Shown piece by piece: positions 1 to 8,085 of a DNA stretch of 64,000 bases. Source of the stretch: a virus (taxonomy: Duplodnaviria > Caudoviricetes); IMG/VR virus record IMGVR_UViG_3300035180_001680; one strand, 5' to 3'. The translations under genes and the position numbers were made by a program. The notes beneath the pieces were generated by a model. The model made no database searches, was not told the DNA's origin, and saw only the letters and a program-made list of their open reading frames with translations. Position 1 is the stretch's first letter. Every line of letters starts with the position of its first letter.

Positions 1-317
1 CTATTAATCTTTTGGAACTATCGTAACATTCGTAATCCTAAATTCTTCTTTAATTATTCCAGATGATTGTCCTGTTGGGCCATCAACGATATACCCAACT
101 CCGGTTGGTTGACATTCAGTGGGTACATTCTCAATCAGTGTTTTGACTTTAATTCCTTCTGGTGTATCCAAAGTTTCAAGCGTTGCGATTAATTCATCAC
201 CAATAAGTTCAAGACCAACTATTTGATGAGACACCTTTTCTGAAAACAAATCTTTAATTGAAGACGCTAGTATCGATAAATTTATAGATATGGAAGGTTT
301 AGTTATTTTTGTGTAGG

Positions 318-392
318 TGCCACATCGGGGACTTGAACCCAACGTATCTCCTGATTACGAAACAGGCGCATTACCAGTTATGCTTATGTGGC
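318..392 (-). tRNA. tRNA-Thr(CGT)
   Basis: GCCACAT/ATGTGGC acceptor stem; anticodon arm CCTGT-TTCGTAA-TCAGG; T-loop TTCAAGT. Confidence 0.85.
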
Positions 393-418
393 TTTTAAGA
401 TAGAAACAGTTTTTGTAA

Positions 419-787
419 TTAATGTTTTGACTTACGTGCTAGACGTTTTTCTAAATTTTCAGTAGGAGTAAGCCACTGAAGATTTTTTGATTTGTTATTT
501 CTGGTGTTATTATCTTTATGGTCTACGTGCATATTATGATCTGGTGGTGGTCCAACAAAAGCATGTGCAACTAACCTGTTCACTCTAAAGTGTTTTTTGA
601 CTCCATTTTGTGACAAGTAAACTCTCATATACGGAGATTTTTTGTCGTTACCGTAGTGTTCTTCTTGGGCCAAAACTTTATTTGTTTTAGTCGAACGAAC
701 TTGTCCTGTGTTAGAAACTTCATAGTTTGACCAACCGTCAATTGGCTTCCAAACAACCGAACCTTCCATTAACTCTTCAAGCTTCAT
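419..787 (-). CDS. NUMOD4-HNH homing endonuclease
   Basis: WKPIDGWSNYEVSNTGQVRS (NUMOD4); VNRLVAHAF...VDHKDNNTRNNKSKNLQW (HNH). Confidence 0.85.
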   Translation of the reverse strand: MKLEELMEGSVVWKPIDGWSNYEVSNTGQVRSTKTNKVLAQEEHYGNDKKSPYMRVYLSQNGVKKHFRVNRLVAHAFVGPPPDHNMHVDHKDNNTRNNKSKNLQWLTPTENLEKRLARKSKH

Positions 788-821
788 AGTTCTTTAATCT
801 CATCATAATTAATTCAATTAA

Positions 822-1868
822 TTATACATTAGAAAATAATTTTTTCCACACGCTTAAACTATTTTCTGAATAAGAATGCAATTTCAAGAAGTTGAGATAT
901 CTATTCGTTCTTGGACAATGATATGCTCTACTTAACCCACGTTCGATGGAATCTTGGTCTACTGGACTTGCACCAAAAAATCCTACTGCCCATGGAATTT
1001 CACTTGAAGAAACAACTGGAATCCCTTGATTTATAAGGTCCGCCCCAACAATATTAAACGTTTCACTAAAAGACACCTGCATTCCAATATCCATTTGCCC
1101 ACACAATTCCAAAAATTCTTCTCTTGGTTGCCATGCGTGTTCGACTAATTTATGACCATGTTTTTTCTGACGGTCAAACATTCTTCGTAAATTGTGGAGA
1201 ATTGGTTCCCCTTTCATTTCAAGTCTGTTAGCGTTAATGTGAAAATTAAGTTTTTTGTTTTCTTTGTCAGCAAAGTGAATTGCTGCTAGTGCTTGGTGTA
1301 TATGATTTTTCAATGGTCTAACAGCCCCAAAGCATCCAATGTTGAGTTCCTCTGATTTATAATCAGGAACTTTTGTTTTTGTGTTTAAAATTGGATAATA
1401 GTTTGGCATAAACAAAAACTTATCTTCAGCCCCCTCACTATTCAAATGAAGGTTTATTAAACTTTTAACCATTCTTAGTGAATTGACACCAACGTAAACG
1501 TTTTTATATTTTAAATAGTCAGTAATCCAAGCGAATGCAATTCCTTCTTGAGCCATAAACGGAACTTCACTGTGAAGTCTTACAATCCAACGAATATTAG
1601 GATGAAGTTTTTGAAGAATTTCAAATTTTTCTGGAACAACCCACAAAGCTTCTATAATCACAACGGAAGGTTTGTGTTGTGTTACAATCCTATCAATACA
1701 ATTATTATCGACAGCAATTTCAATCTCTGATGAAATTCCAATACTGTTTAACATATCACTTACATATGACGCTGAATTTAGTAAACCCGTTGACAATCCT
1801 CTTGGTTCATGGAAATTAGCCACACCGTAATTTTCTTTTCGCTTCAATATAAATAGAACCTTTGACAT
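822..1868 (-). CDS. glycosyltransferase-like protein (GT-B/GT4-like)
   Basis: 348 aa; GCFGAVRPLKN and SFSETFNIVGAD resemble GT4 C-terminal motifs. Confidence 0.55.
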   Translation of the reverse strand: MSKVLFILKRKENYGVANFHEPRGLSTGLLNSASYVSDMLNSIGISSEIEIAVDNNCIDRIVTQHKPSVVIIEALWVVPEKFEILQKLHPNIRWIVRLHSEVPFMAQEGIAFAWITDYLKYKNVYVGVNSLRMVKSLINLHLNSEGAEDKFLFMPNYYPILNTKTKVPDYKSEELNIGCFGAVRPLKNHIHQALAAIHFADKENKKLNFHINANRLEMKGEPILHNLRRMFDRQKKHGHKLVEHAWQPREEFLELCGQMDIGMQVSFSETFNIVGADLINQGIPVVSSSEIPWAVGFFGASPVDQDSIERGLSRAYHCPRTNRYLNFLKLHSYSENSLSVWKKLFSNV

Positions 1869-1960
1869 TTGATTTCCTTTGGGTCGATATTGTAGTACTA
1901 TTTATCAAACCTGTTTATATTTATCAAACCAGTTTAGAGGAAATTTGAATTTAATGTTCC

Positions 1961-2200
1961 TTACCAATTGAAAGCGATTAGTTGTTTTAACCTTGAAATT
2001 ACTTCGTTTGCATACACCTTATCGTACACATCAACGAGAGCATATTCAATTTTTGTTATTGTTGATTTTATGTTCCACCCGTGCTCAATCGACACAGTTA
2101 AAAACTCCAACCAATTTACAACACAGTTGTTTTCTTTAATATGGTCAATTATAAGTTCGAGGGGGATACCAAGAGTTTCTGTGTGTTTGAATACATCCAA
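1961..2200 (-). CDS. small protein resembling an alanyl-tRNA synthetase segment; probably frameshifted near its true start (~2290)
   Basis: VFKHTETLGIPLELI resembles AlaRS FKLYDTYGFPLDL; the reading frame stays open upstream to a strong AAGGAGG RBS whose ATG is one base out of frame. Confidence 0.45.
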   Translation of the reverse strand: MDVFKHTETLGIPLELIIDHIKENNCVVNWLEFLTVSIEHGWNIKSTITKIEYALVDVYDKVYANEVISRLKQLIAFNW

Positions 2201-2325
2201 ACCACTGATAACTGGTTTGTTGTCGGTAGTTATTCCTACTTGTCTTAGACCGAAGTGTTTCTTCCATTTTTGTTTGCGTTTAGCATTTCCCTACCCTCCT
2301 TATTTTAGTTACTATTTTTGTGAAC

Positions 2326-2380
2326 AAGACACGTTTAGTTTCATTAGCATAGAAAGTTTTTGAGTTGCTGTTAGTGTCTT
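2326..2380 (-). ncRNA. structured RNA motif copy 1 (AAGACAC-TAACAGCAA...GTGTCTT)
   Basis: 7-bp closing stem plus conserved ACAGCAA; recurs at 16516-16577 and 17055-17206. Confidence 0.55.
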
Positions 2381-2424
2381 AAAACTAATTTTACAGATTT
2401 ATTATAAAAAGTCAACGATTGAAT

Positions 2425-2500
2425 TGGGGTGACCAGTGGGAAATTGAACCCACTCCTCCTCGTTCACAGCAAGGAATGCTACCTTTACACTATGGTCACC
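2425..2500 (-). tRNA. tRNA-His(GTG)
   Basis: G-1 present, CCTTG-CTGTGAA-CGAGG, C73, encoded CCA. Confidence 0.9.
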
Positions 2501-2594
2501 ATTGTTAATTGATTGATACGGAACCGAACCGTCTACCAGAGTCACTCCAGCTATTCCAACTCGGTTGCTTGCAAGTCAAATTTTACAATCAATT

Positions 2595-2668
2595 TGGAGC
2601 CGCCTGTCAGAATCGAACTGACGTATCAACGTTACAAAGGTTGTGTAATACCATTATACGAAGGCGGC
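2595..2668 (-). tRNA. tRNA-Thr(TGT)
   Basis: GCCGCCT acceptor; CAACC-TTTGTAA-CGTTG; CCA. Confidence 0.85.
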
Positions 2669-2673
2669 GTTTG

Positions 2674-3318
2674 TTACCAGTTGGATGTTAACATAAAATG
2701 TTTATCTGTTGTCAAACCCAGTTCTTCAGCAGTTCTTGCGATTGGTGTCCCACAAGAATCAGAACCACACAATTTTCCAAAATCATTTTTGCTAAAAATC
2801 AACAATTCGTTGTGGTCTATCATTTTATTAAAAACAAAAGAAAATAACTGCTTGTCATACTTTGAACCAAGTCTTTTTTCAACATACTTATTAAAGAGTT
2901 GACTTAGATGGGGGTTTATCTTGTTTGTGTCATATGAATATACAGAATGGAGTCCAATTATACCATAAGATATTCTATCTGTTCCGGCTAAAAACATAAT
3001 TACGCAGGAACTTTCACAAAACCCAGAAACAATATGAGCTCTCGGTCTTGCTTCAAATAATGGAAGCAACTCTAAAGTCGTTCCAGCATCTCCTCCAGTT
3101 ACACCATCAAACACAACTGTATCTATTTGATTTGTCAGATATTTTGGCATTTCGGTTAAATCTTTTTTCGTGATATCACCCGACAATATCAGTCTCTGAT
3201 TTACAATGGAATAACTAAGAGCGTAAACATGTGTTGAAACAACCAGCATCATTAAAAACATAAAATTTTTGATCATGTTAATTTTTCCAATAGGTGGTAT
3301 ATTTATTCGAAAACGCAA
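2674..3318 (-). CDS. exported hypothetical protein, possible ClpP/crotonase-like fold
   Basis: signal-peptide-like N-terminus; GGD...CESSCVIMFLAG...IGLH pattern. Confidence 0.45.
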   Translation of the reverse strand: MRFRINIPPIGKINMIKNFMFLMMLVVSTHVYALSYSIVNQRLILSGDITKKDLTEMPKYLTNQIDTVVFDGVTGGDAGTTLELLPLFEARPRAHIVSGFCESSCVIMFLAGTDRISYGIIGLHSVYSYDTNKINPHLSQLFNKYVEKRLGSKYDKQLFSFVFNKMIDHNELLIFSKNDFGKLCGSDSCGTPIARTAEELGLTTDKHFMLTSNW

Positions 3319-3403
3319 ATATAATGTTAATTATACTCTTAGTATACTAGAAAATCAAGATTTAATTCAGTGGACACTATGTCAAATGTCTAGTATCCGT
3401 TGT

Positions 3404-3479
3404 TGGTTACTCGTAGGGAATCGAACCCTGTCTAGAATTTTCACCGTTTTGTAAAACTCAATGAAACCTCAGCCGAGAT
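3404..3479 (-). pseudogene. degenerate tRNA-like element
   Basis: T-arm AGGG-TTCGATT-CCCT and ACCA end; poor acceptor and anticodon pairing. Confidence 0.4.
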
Positions 3480-3534
3480 TTCAATCTTGTTTTTTAACGA
3501 TAGGCTTACCCACAGCACTTGTTGGAGCGTTGTT

Positions 3535-3610
3535 TGGTGCCGCCACTCCGTAACGATCGGAGATCCTCGGATTTTCAGTCCGTCGCATAGACCATCTTTG
3601 CTATAGCGGC
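3535..3610 (-). tRNA. tRNA-Phe(GAA)
   Basis: ACGGA-CTGAAAA-TCCGA; GCCGCTA acceptor; CCA. Confidence 0.9.
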
Positions 3611-3639
3611 ATTATAACGAATTTGTAAGTAAATTCGTT

Positions 3640-3717
3640 TGGTGTAACCAGCAGGATTCGTACCCGCAACACTTTGCTTTTCAGATAAATGCTCTGCACG
3701 ATTGGAGATACAGTTAC
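3640..3717 (-). tRNA. tRNA-Phe(GAA), divergent
   Basis: GTAACTG/TGGTTAC acceptor; loop CTGAAAA; imperfect anticodon stem; CCA. Confidence 0.6.
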
Positions 3718-3788
3718 GTTAATCGTTTCACTTGTCATCTTAGTTGATCAGACCATTAATGAAAGAGTAGCTTGCTCTCTAGTTGTCG

Positions 3789-3860
3789 TATTCAGGTGGG
3801 AATCGAACCACACTCTAACCCACCAACGCGGGTCGTGCTAACCATTACACTATACTGAAA
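3789..3860 (-). pseudogene. degenerate tRNA, anticodon unclear (possibly TTG)
   Basis: D-arm GTGT-AATGGTTA-GCAC and TTCGATT T-loop; atypical anticodon loop; no CCA. Confidence 0.4.
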
Positions 3861-3880
3861 GTTGTCTTACTTGTGAAATT

Positions 3881-3967
3881 TGGAGCACGGAACGGGACTC
3901 GAACCCGCAAACGGTTTTCACCTGCCACCTTGAAAGGGTGGTGTCCAATCCATCTGACTTCCCGTGC
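3881..3967 (-). tRNA. tRNA-Glu(TTC) with long variable arm
   Basis: CCACC-CTTTCAA-GGTGG; variable arm GGT-GAAA-ACC; CCA. Confidence 0.8.
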
Positions 3968-4002
3968 ATTTTTTAGTTTTAGCACACTCTAATTACAAAC
4001 TT

Positions 4003-4060
4003 TGGTGGACGATACGAGAATCGAACTCGTATTGCCCGTCAGCAGCAACCATCATGCCCC
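4003..4060 (-). ncRNA. D-armless tRNA-like RNA ending in CCA
   Basis: bulged acceptor, GTTGCT/GGCAAT arm, T-arm ACGAG-TTCGATT-CTCGT, ACCA; about 58 nt. Confidence 0.45.
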
Positions 4061-4092
4061 ATTAAAAGAACTTCAACATTTAAAAGTTCTTT

Positions 4093-4172
4093 TGGTGGAG
4101 CTACTCGGATTTGAACCGAGCTGTTTTTCCGCATTGCAAGTGCGGCGACCACGCCAAGCAGTCCCTAACCCC
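4093..4172 (-). tRNA. tRNA-Ala(TGC)
   Basis: GGGGTTA acceptor; CCGCA-CTTGCAA-TGCGG; CCA. Confidence 0.9.
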
Positions 4173-4179
4173 ATTCGTT

Positions 4180-4255
4180 TGGTCTCCATGCAAGGATTTG
4201 AACCTTGATCGCCTGGCTCCGGACCAGCTATGCTACCAGATTGCACCACACAGAG
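4180..4255 (-). tRNA. tRNA-Pro(CGG)
   Basis: CTCTGTG/CATGGAG acceptor; loop TCCGGAG; CCA. Confidence 0.75.
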
Positions 4256-4283
4256 ATAATATTTTTTGTTTAGAATTCGTTTG

Positions 4284-4357
4284 TCAGGATGACTGGATTT
4301 GAACCAGTGGTCTCGAGTTTCCAAAACTCGCGGATTACCAAACTTTCCCACACCCTG
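4284..4357 (-). tRNA. tRNA-Pro(TGG)
   Basis: CAGGGTG/CATCCTG acceptor; CGAGT-TTTGGAA-ACTCG; no encoded CCA. Confidence 0.85.
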
Positions 4358-4419
4358 ACAAACGAATCCAAATTGTTAATGAACAGTTTAAAACATTTAC
4401 TACAAAATCAACAAACAAT

Positions 4420-4451
4420 AAAAAAGGGCGCTTTTTCGGAGCGCCCTTTTT
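4420..4451 (-). terminator. intrinsic terminator of attenuator 1
   Basis: AAAAAGGGCGCT-CCGAAAA-AGCGCCCTTTTTT just upstream of the tRNA cluster. Confidence 0.85.
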
Positions 4452-4469
4452 AGAATTTCTGGAAACTTT

Positions 4470-4568
4470 TTAGTTTTTCCAACCTTCCTCAAGAGCGCAC
4501 ACAGCCATCTCTGGGGCATGCCATGCCTCAGGGGTTGTAAACGCTGTAAAGAAAGTCGTAAAAATCAT
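4470..4568 (-). CDS. putative attenuator leader peptide 1: MIFTTFFTAFTTPEAWHAPEMAVCALEEGWKN
   Basis: GGAG RBS, 32 codons; 21/32 residues are F,T,A,P,E,H, the isotypes of the downstream tRNAs; followed by a terminator. Confidence 0.75.
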   Translation of the reverse strand: MIFTTFFTAFTTPEAWHAPEMAVCALEEGWKN

Positions 4569-4622
4569 TTGTAAATCTCCATTAATTAAATTTATTGAGT
4601 ACTTTGCTCAACTGTTGATACA

Positions 4623-4652
4623 AGTATATATGACTTATTTATAAAAGTCAAC
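4623..4652 (-). promoter_or_regulatory. sigma70-like promoter of tRNA operon 1
   Basis: TTGACT-TTTATAAATAAGTCATA(17)-TATACT, identical to 28373-28402. Confidence 0.8.
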
Positions 4653-4656
4653 AAAA

Positions 4657-4908
4657 AAGTTTAAATTTGGAAGCTTTCCACTTCCTTGCCAGGTTTGAGC
4701 CCGTCTTCGTCGGCTTCACACTATCGCATCCTTGGCAACAGGTTCTTAACCCACAATATCCAAGGTTTCCTGTTACTTCAGGAGGTCCTTACGGCTAGTG
4801 TATGTATCAACGTTTAGCGCCTACCACTACACATACACCGTTTCTGAGGTCCACTGGACTATTTTCGTGGTGTCTTTACCATAAAGGGATTCGGGCACCA
4901 CGAATCAA
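4657..4908 (-). ncRNA. candidate structured ncRNA (~250 nt)
   Basis: own TTGACT-17-TATAAT promoter (4915-4943); helices TTCGTGGTG/CACCACGAA, GTGTATGT/ACATACAC, CCTTGG/CCAAGG; no ORF of 60 aa or more. Confidence 0.5.
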
Positions 4909-4986
4909 TAAAATATTATATATCTTTTTAATCAAAGAGTCAACTTGATACATCCGTTGATATCCAGTTCACTATAATAATATAAG

Positions 4987-5538
4987 TTACAGGTTGTACT
5001 TCTTTATAAATGTAGGATAAGTCATACTGTCCAAATCTTTTTTAACTTGAGCTTCTAATTTTTTATCTGTTCCAACAAGATCTCTCAGTCTCTTAGTATC
5101 ATACACACATTCTTCAGGAAAATTCTTCATGGCTCCTCTTGCAGTCTCGTCATTAATACTAGCTCCTAATTTCCATCCACTAACCCGTTTTGGATTTTCT
5201 TTTAGGGCACGTTCGAACATTCCTGATGGTAAACGTGATGGCCCTGTGATTGAATCTGGATCTTTTGAACGAAGATCGTTTCGTTCCATAAAAGCTTCAT
5301 ATTCGTTATCAAAAATTTCCATCTCTTTAAATTTGCAATTATCAATTCCACCTGCTGCGTTCACATATTTTGCTTCTGTTCTATCGGCAGCGTTCCGATT
5401 AGCACCAGCTAAGAACGTCTGTCTTAAATTACCCTTTCCATACCCATAATAAGTGCTGTGGTTGTTAGAGTTGGTAACTTTATACACAACCCAGTCTGTA
5501 GTATTTTCTGTTAGAGGAATTAGGTCTTTTAATTTCAT
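4987..5538 (-). CDS. hypothetical protein with GIY-YIG-like N-terminal motif
   Basis: MKLKDL start; VVYKVTNSNNHSTYYGYG. Confidence 0.5.
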   Translation of the reverse strand: MKLKDLIPLTENTTDWVVYKVTNSNNHSTYYGYGKGNLRQTFLAGANRNAADRTEAKYVNAAGGIDNCKFKEMEIFDNEYEAFMERNDLRSKDPDSITGPSRLPSGMFERALKENPKRVSGWKLGASINDETARGAMKNFPEECVYDTKRLRDLVGTDKKLEAQVKKDLDSMTYPTFIKKYNL

Positions 5539-5810
5539 TTGATTGTTCCTTTTAAGTTTGTTGTTTATACCTTTATATTTATTATTAAGTTTTAAGAAAA
5601 ATACATCATGCCAGCAATAAACACAACCCCACTCCAAACATTTGGTACTATTCCAACATATACATCCGTATCCAGATATTATGTTAATGGGACACCATCG
5701 GTCGTTTTTGCTGTGTACCGTAGGGTCAATTACCACATCTGGATTTAGGGTATTGCATTATGAAAATCAAGTAACAACCGACGCCGGTCCAAGGTCTTCA
5801 TTCTTGGTGT

Positions 5811-6188
5811 TCAGTTAACATTAAATTGTTGTAACGCTCTTTCAGTTCCCACACCAATAAGATATTTTGTATCTCTATAGTGTGGGTTCTTTTCGAGTAA
5901 TTCTGTTGTTTCTTCACGCGCCGTATTTAATACAGCCACAATATCATCAATAAGGTATTGCGCGTGAACTTCACCGTTTTCATTTAAAATATCAAAAGCC
6001 CAAATTGTGTTATCAAATTTGGTGTCTGCTAATGAACACCTTGCAGACCAGTTTTCTGGATACAGATATACTATAGCCGTTAAAATAACGGTTCGTGCTT
6101 TGTTAAATGCTTGTATAAAACGTTGAATGTTTAAATCTATATCTTCGACGTTTTCGGTATTCAAATTTTGTTCAAGAATATCAGACAC
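5811..6188 (-). CDS. hypothetical protein
   Basis: 125-aa ORF. Confidence 0.6.
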   Translation of the reverse strand: MSDILEQNLNTENVEDIDLNIQRFIQAFNKARTVILTAIVYLYPENWSARCSLADTKFDNTIWAFDILNENGEVHAQYLIDDIVAVLNTAREETTELLEKNPHYRDTKYLIGVGTERALQQFNVN

Positions 6189-6248
6189 ATCAATTCGGTC
6201 CTATAAAATTTTTAATATTGTACTCGTTTTATAGTTATCTGTCAACGA

Positions 6249-6884
6249 TTAATTTTTGGAAGGTCCAAGAACTTGTCTCTTGAATTCTGTCAAATGTTGT
6301 TTATCTTTTGGAGAGTTGGTTTTTACATGGTGTCCGGTTTTAAAATCTCTCCATGCGTATCCGTATTTTTTTCCAAGAAATTTAAAATCTCCTTCTCGAG
6401 CCATCAACGCAAAAAGATATTGTTCTGTACGAAATTCTAACCCACGTTCTAAATATTCGTCTTTCACTTTATCGAACACAGAACGTCTCATTATGCATAA
6501 TTGATGAACAGGGATTGGTGTTTGAATGTGATACTCTCTTGTCCACTCTGTTGTTTCACTGTAAAATTGTCTTCTTATGTTTTTATACGGATTGACTATA
6601 AAAGAGTTAGTATATACACCTGAAAGTGTTTTATCTTTTTCCATTTCTTCCAAACACGCATGAAATGCTTCTGGAAACACATAATCGTCGTGGTCTACGT
6701 GACAAATGTATTCAGCCGAACCTGTACCATAGCCTACGCATCGGGCTTTTTTGAGAGGTGATATATCATCAACGAAATGTATGTTTATTAAATGTGAAGC
6801 AGGTTCTATAGATTTTAGACACTGTTCATATAGTTTTTTATCATAATCACCAAACCTACATATGTGAACGTCTATTTTATTCAT
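6249..6884 (-). CDS. glycosyltransferase family 2
   Basis: ARCVGYGTGSAEYICHVDHDDYV (DxD motif). Confidence 0.75.
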   Translation of the reverse strand: MNKIDVHICRFGDYDKKLYEQCLKSIEPASHLINIHFVDDISPLKKARCVGYGTGSAEYICHVDHDDYVFPEAFHACLEEMEKDKTLSGVYTNSFIVNPYKNIRRQFYSETTEWTREYHIQTPIPVHQLCIMRRSVFDKVKDEYLERGLEFRTEQYLFALMAREGDFKFLGKKYGYAWRDFKTGHHVKTNSPKDKQHLTEFKRQVLGPSKN

Positions 6885-6885
6885 T

Positions 6886-7206
6886 TTATTTTTTACCTTT
6901 TAAATAAGAACATGTTTGGCAGTATGGAGGAATAACATTAACGTTAAATGTGCTCGTATGAGTTTCATAATTAACATATTGGGTTCTATCTTTCATAAAT
7001 GGACAAGGATATTTATGTCCGTTTCCGTATGCAATAGAACTATATGTACTTGCAACAGGTAACCCAGATTGTGTCCAATTTATTCCATCAGGACTTACAG
7101 CTGAAACTTTTGTTGCTCCATAACCAACAGTTACAAATTTTCCATTTCCATAAACAATAGAAAACTTTGTTCCAAAGTTCACCACATGTTCCTGATTTTC
7201 CCCCAA
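6886..7206 (-). CDS. short protein with tail-fibre-type SIxYGNG repeats (possible fragment)
   Basis: SIVYGNGKFVTVG, DGINWTQSGLP, SIAYGNG. Confidence 0.5.
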   Translation of the reverse strand: MGENQEHVVNFGTKFSIVYGNGKFVTVGYGATKVSAVSPDGINWTQSGLPVASTYSSIAYGNGHKYPCPFMKDRTQYVNYETHTSTFNVNVIPPYCQTCSYLKGKK

Positions 7207-7228
7207 AGTGATACAAAAATTCCAGGTA

Positions 7229-8071
7229 TCATTTTATATCATTCAGAATTTGACAAATTGCAAAATTTCCTGATGGACTTACCATATAACTCAACACATC
7301 AACTGCGTTTGCTGTTGGTGTTAACGTTGGAGCAATACCACCAGCAAACTTCCAGTATGAATTAAAGGTTAAAGTTCTCGGAGTTGTTCCATTTTGAATT
7401 ACGATTATTCCACCCTGACCAGCACTAGAATTAACAGGAGAGTTGAGTGTTGAATTTTCTGTCATAACAACGGAGAAGTTGTTTCCTGAATCCATATCTA
7501 GACCGATAATTCCTCCAGAAGAAAACAAATAAACATATTGTCCACGTTGGCCTGCTGTCCATATATTAGATTGAGACGTTATCAAACTACTTGGATTTGC
7601 CCAATATTGATGTCCACCTGAATCAGATATTATAACTGTGTTTGGAGGACTTGTTGTATTTGTTCCAAAATTAATACCAGTAGTAACATTCAATTTATTA
7701 GTGCTTATAATTCCTGAATTGGTTATATTAGTAGATGTTATATTATCAGAAGTTAAAGTTCCATTAACAATAGTTGAAGAGTTAATTGTATCAACGGTTA
7801 ATGTATAAACCGTTGAAGAGAAAGGTAAAGTGTCAATCTCTAATGTGCTATATTGAGAAGAATCAATTGAATATGAGACTGCTGAAGGAGTTACAAAGGT
7901 TGTAGGTCCCGATGCTACAGCTGTTAATAACCACTCTTCACCCGATATTAATGAATTTATGTTATTGGAAAGTAGTGTATCTACACTTGTTTCAATAAAA
8001 TCATCTGGTAAAATGTGAAAAGAGCAAAAATTAAAAGATCCTACTATTGTACTTGTTGTTGGTGTTGGCAC
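7229..8071 (-). CDS. tail-fibre-related structural protein
   Basis: T/S-rich; C-terminal WKFAGGIAPTLTPTANAVDVLSY. Confidence 0.6.
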   Translation of the reverse strand: MPTPTTSTIVGSFNFCSFHILPDDFIETSVDTLLSNNINSLISGEEWLLTAVASGPTTFVTPSAVSYSIDSSQYSTLEIDTLPFSSTVYTLTVDTINSSTIVNGTLTSDNITSTNITNSGIISTNKLNVTTGINFGTNTTSPPNTVIISDSGGHQYWANPSSLITSQSNIWTAGQRGQYVYLFSSGGIIGLDMDSGNNFSVVMTENSTLNSPVNSSAGQGGIIVIQNGTTPRTLTFNSYWKFAGGIAPTLTPTANAVDVLSYMVSPSGNFAICQILNDIK

Positions 8072-8085
8072 TTGTCATTCTCCTT

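Noticed and set aside
2511-2579. tRNA genes at 2511-2579, 18866-18895 and 27183-27245
   Set aside because: Only a T-arm or 3-prime half is recognisable, with no matching acceptor 5-prime strand or CCA; treated as remnants.
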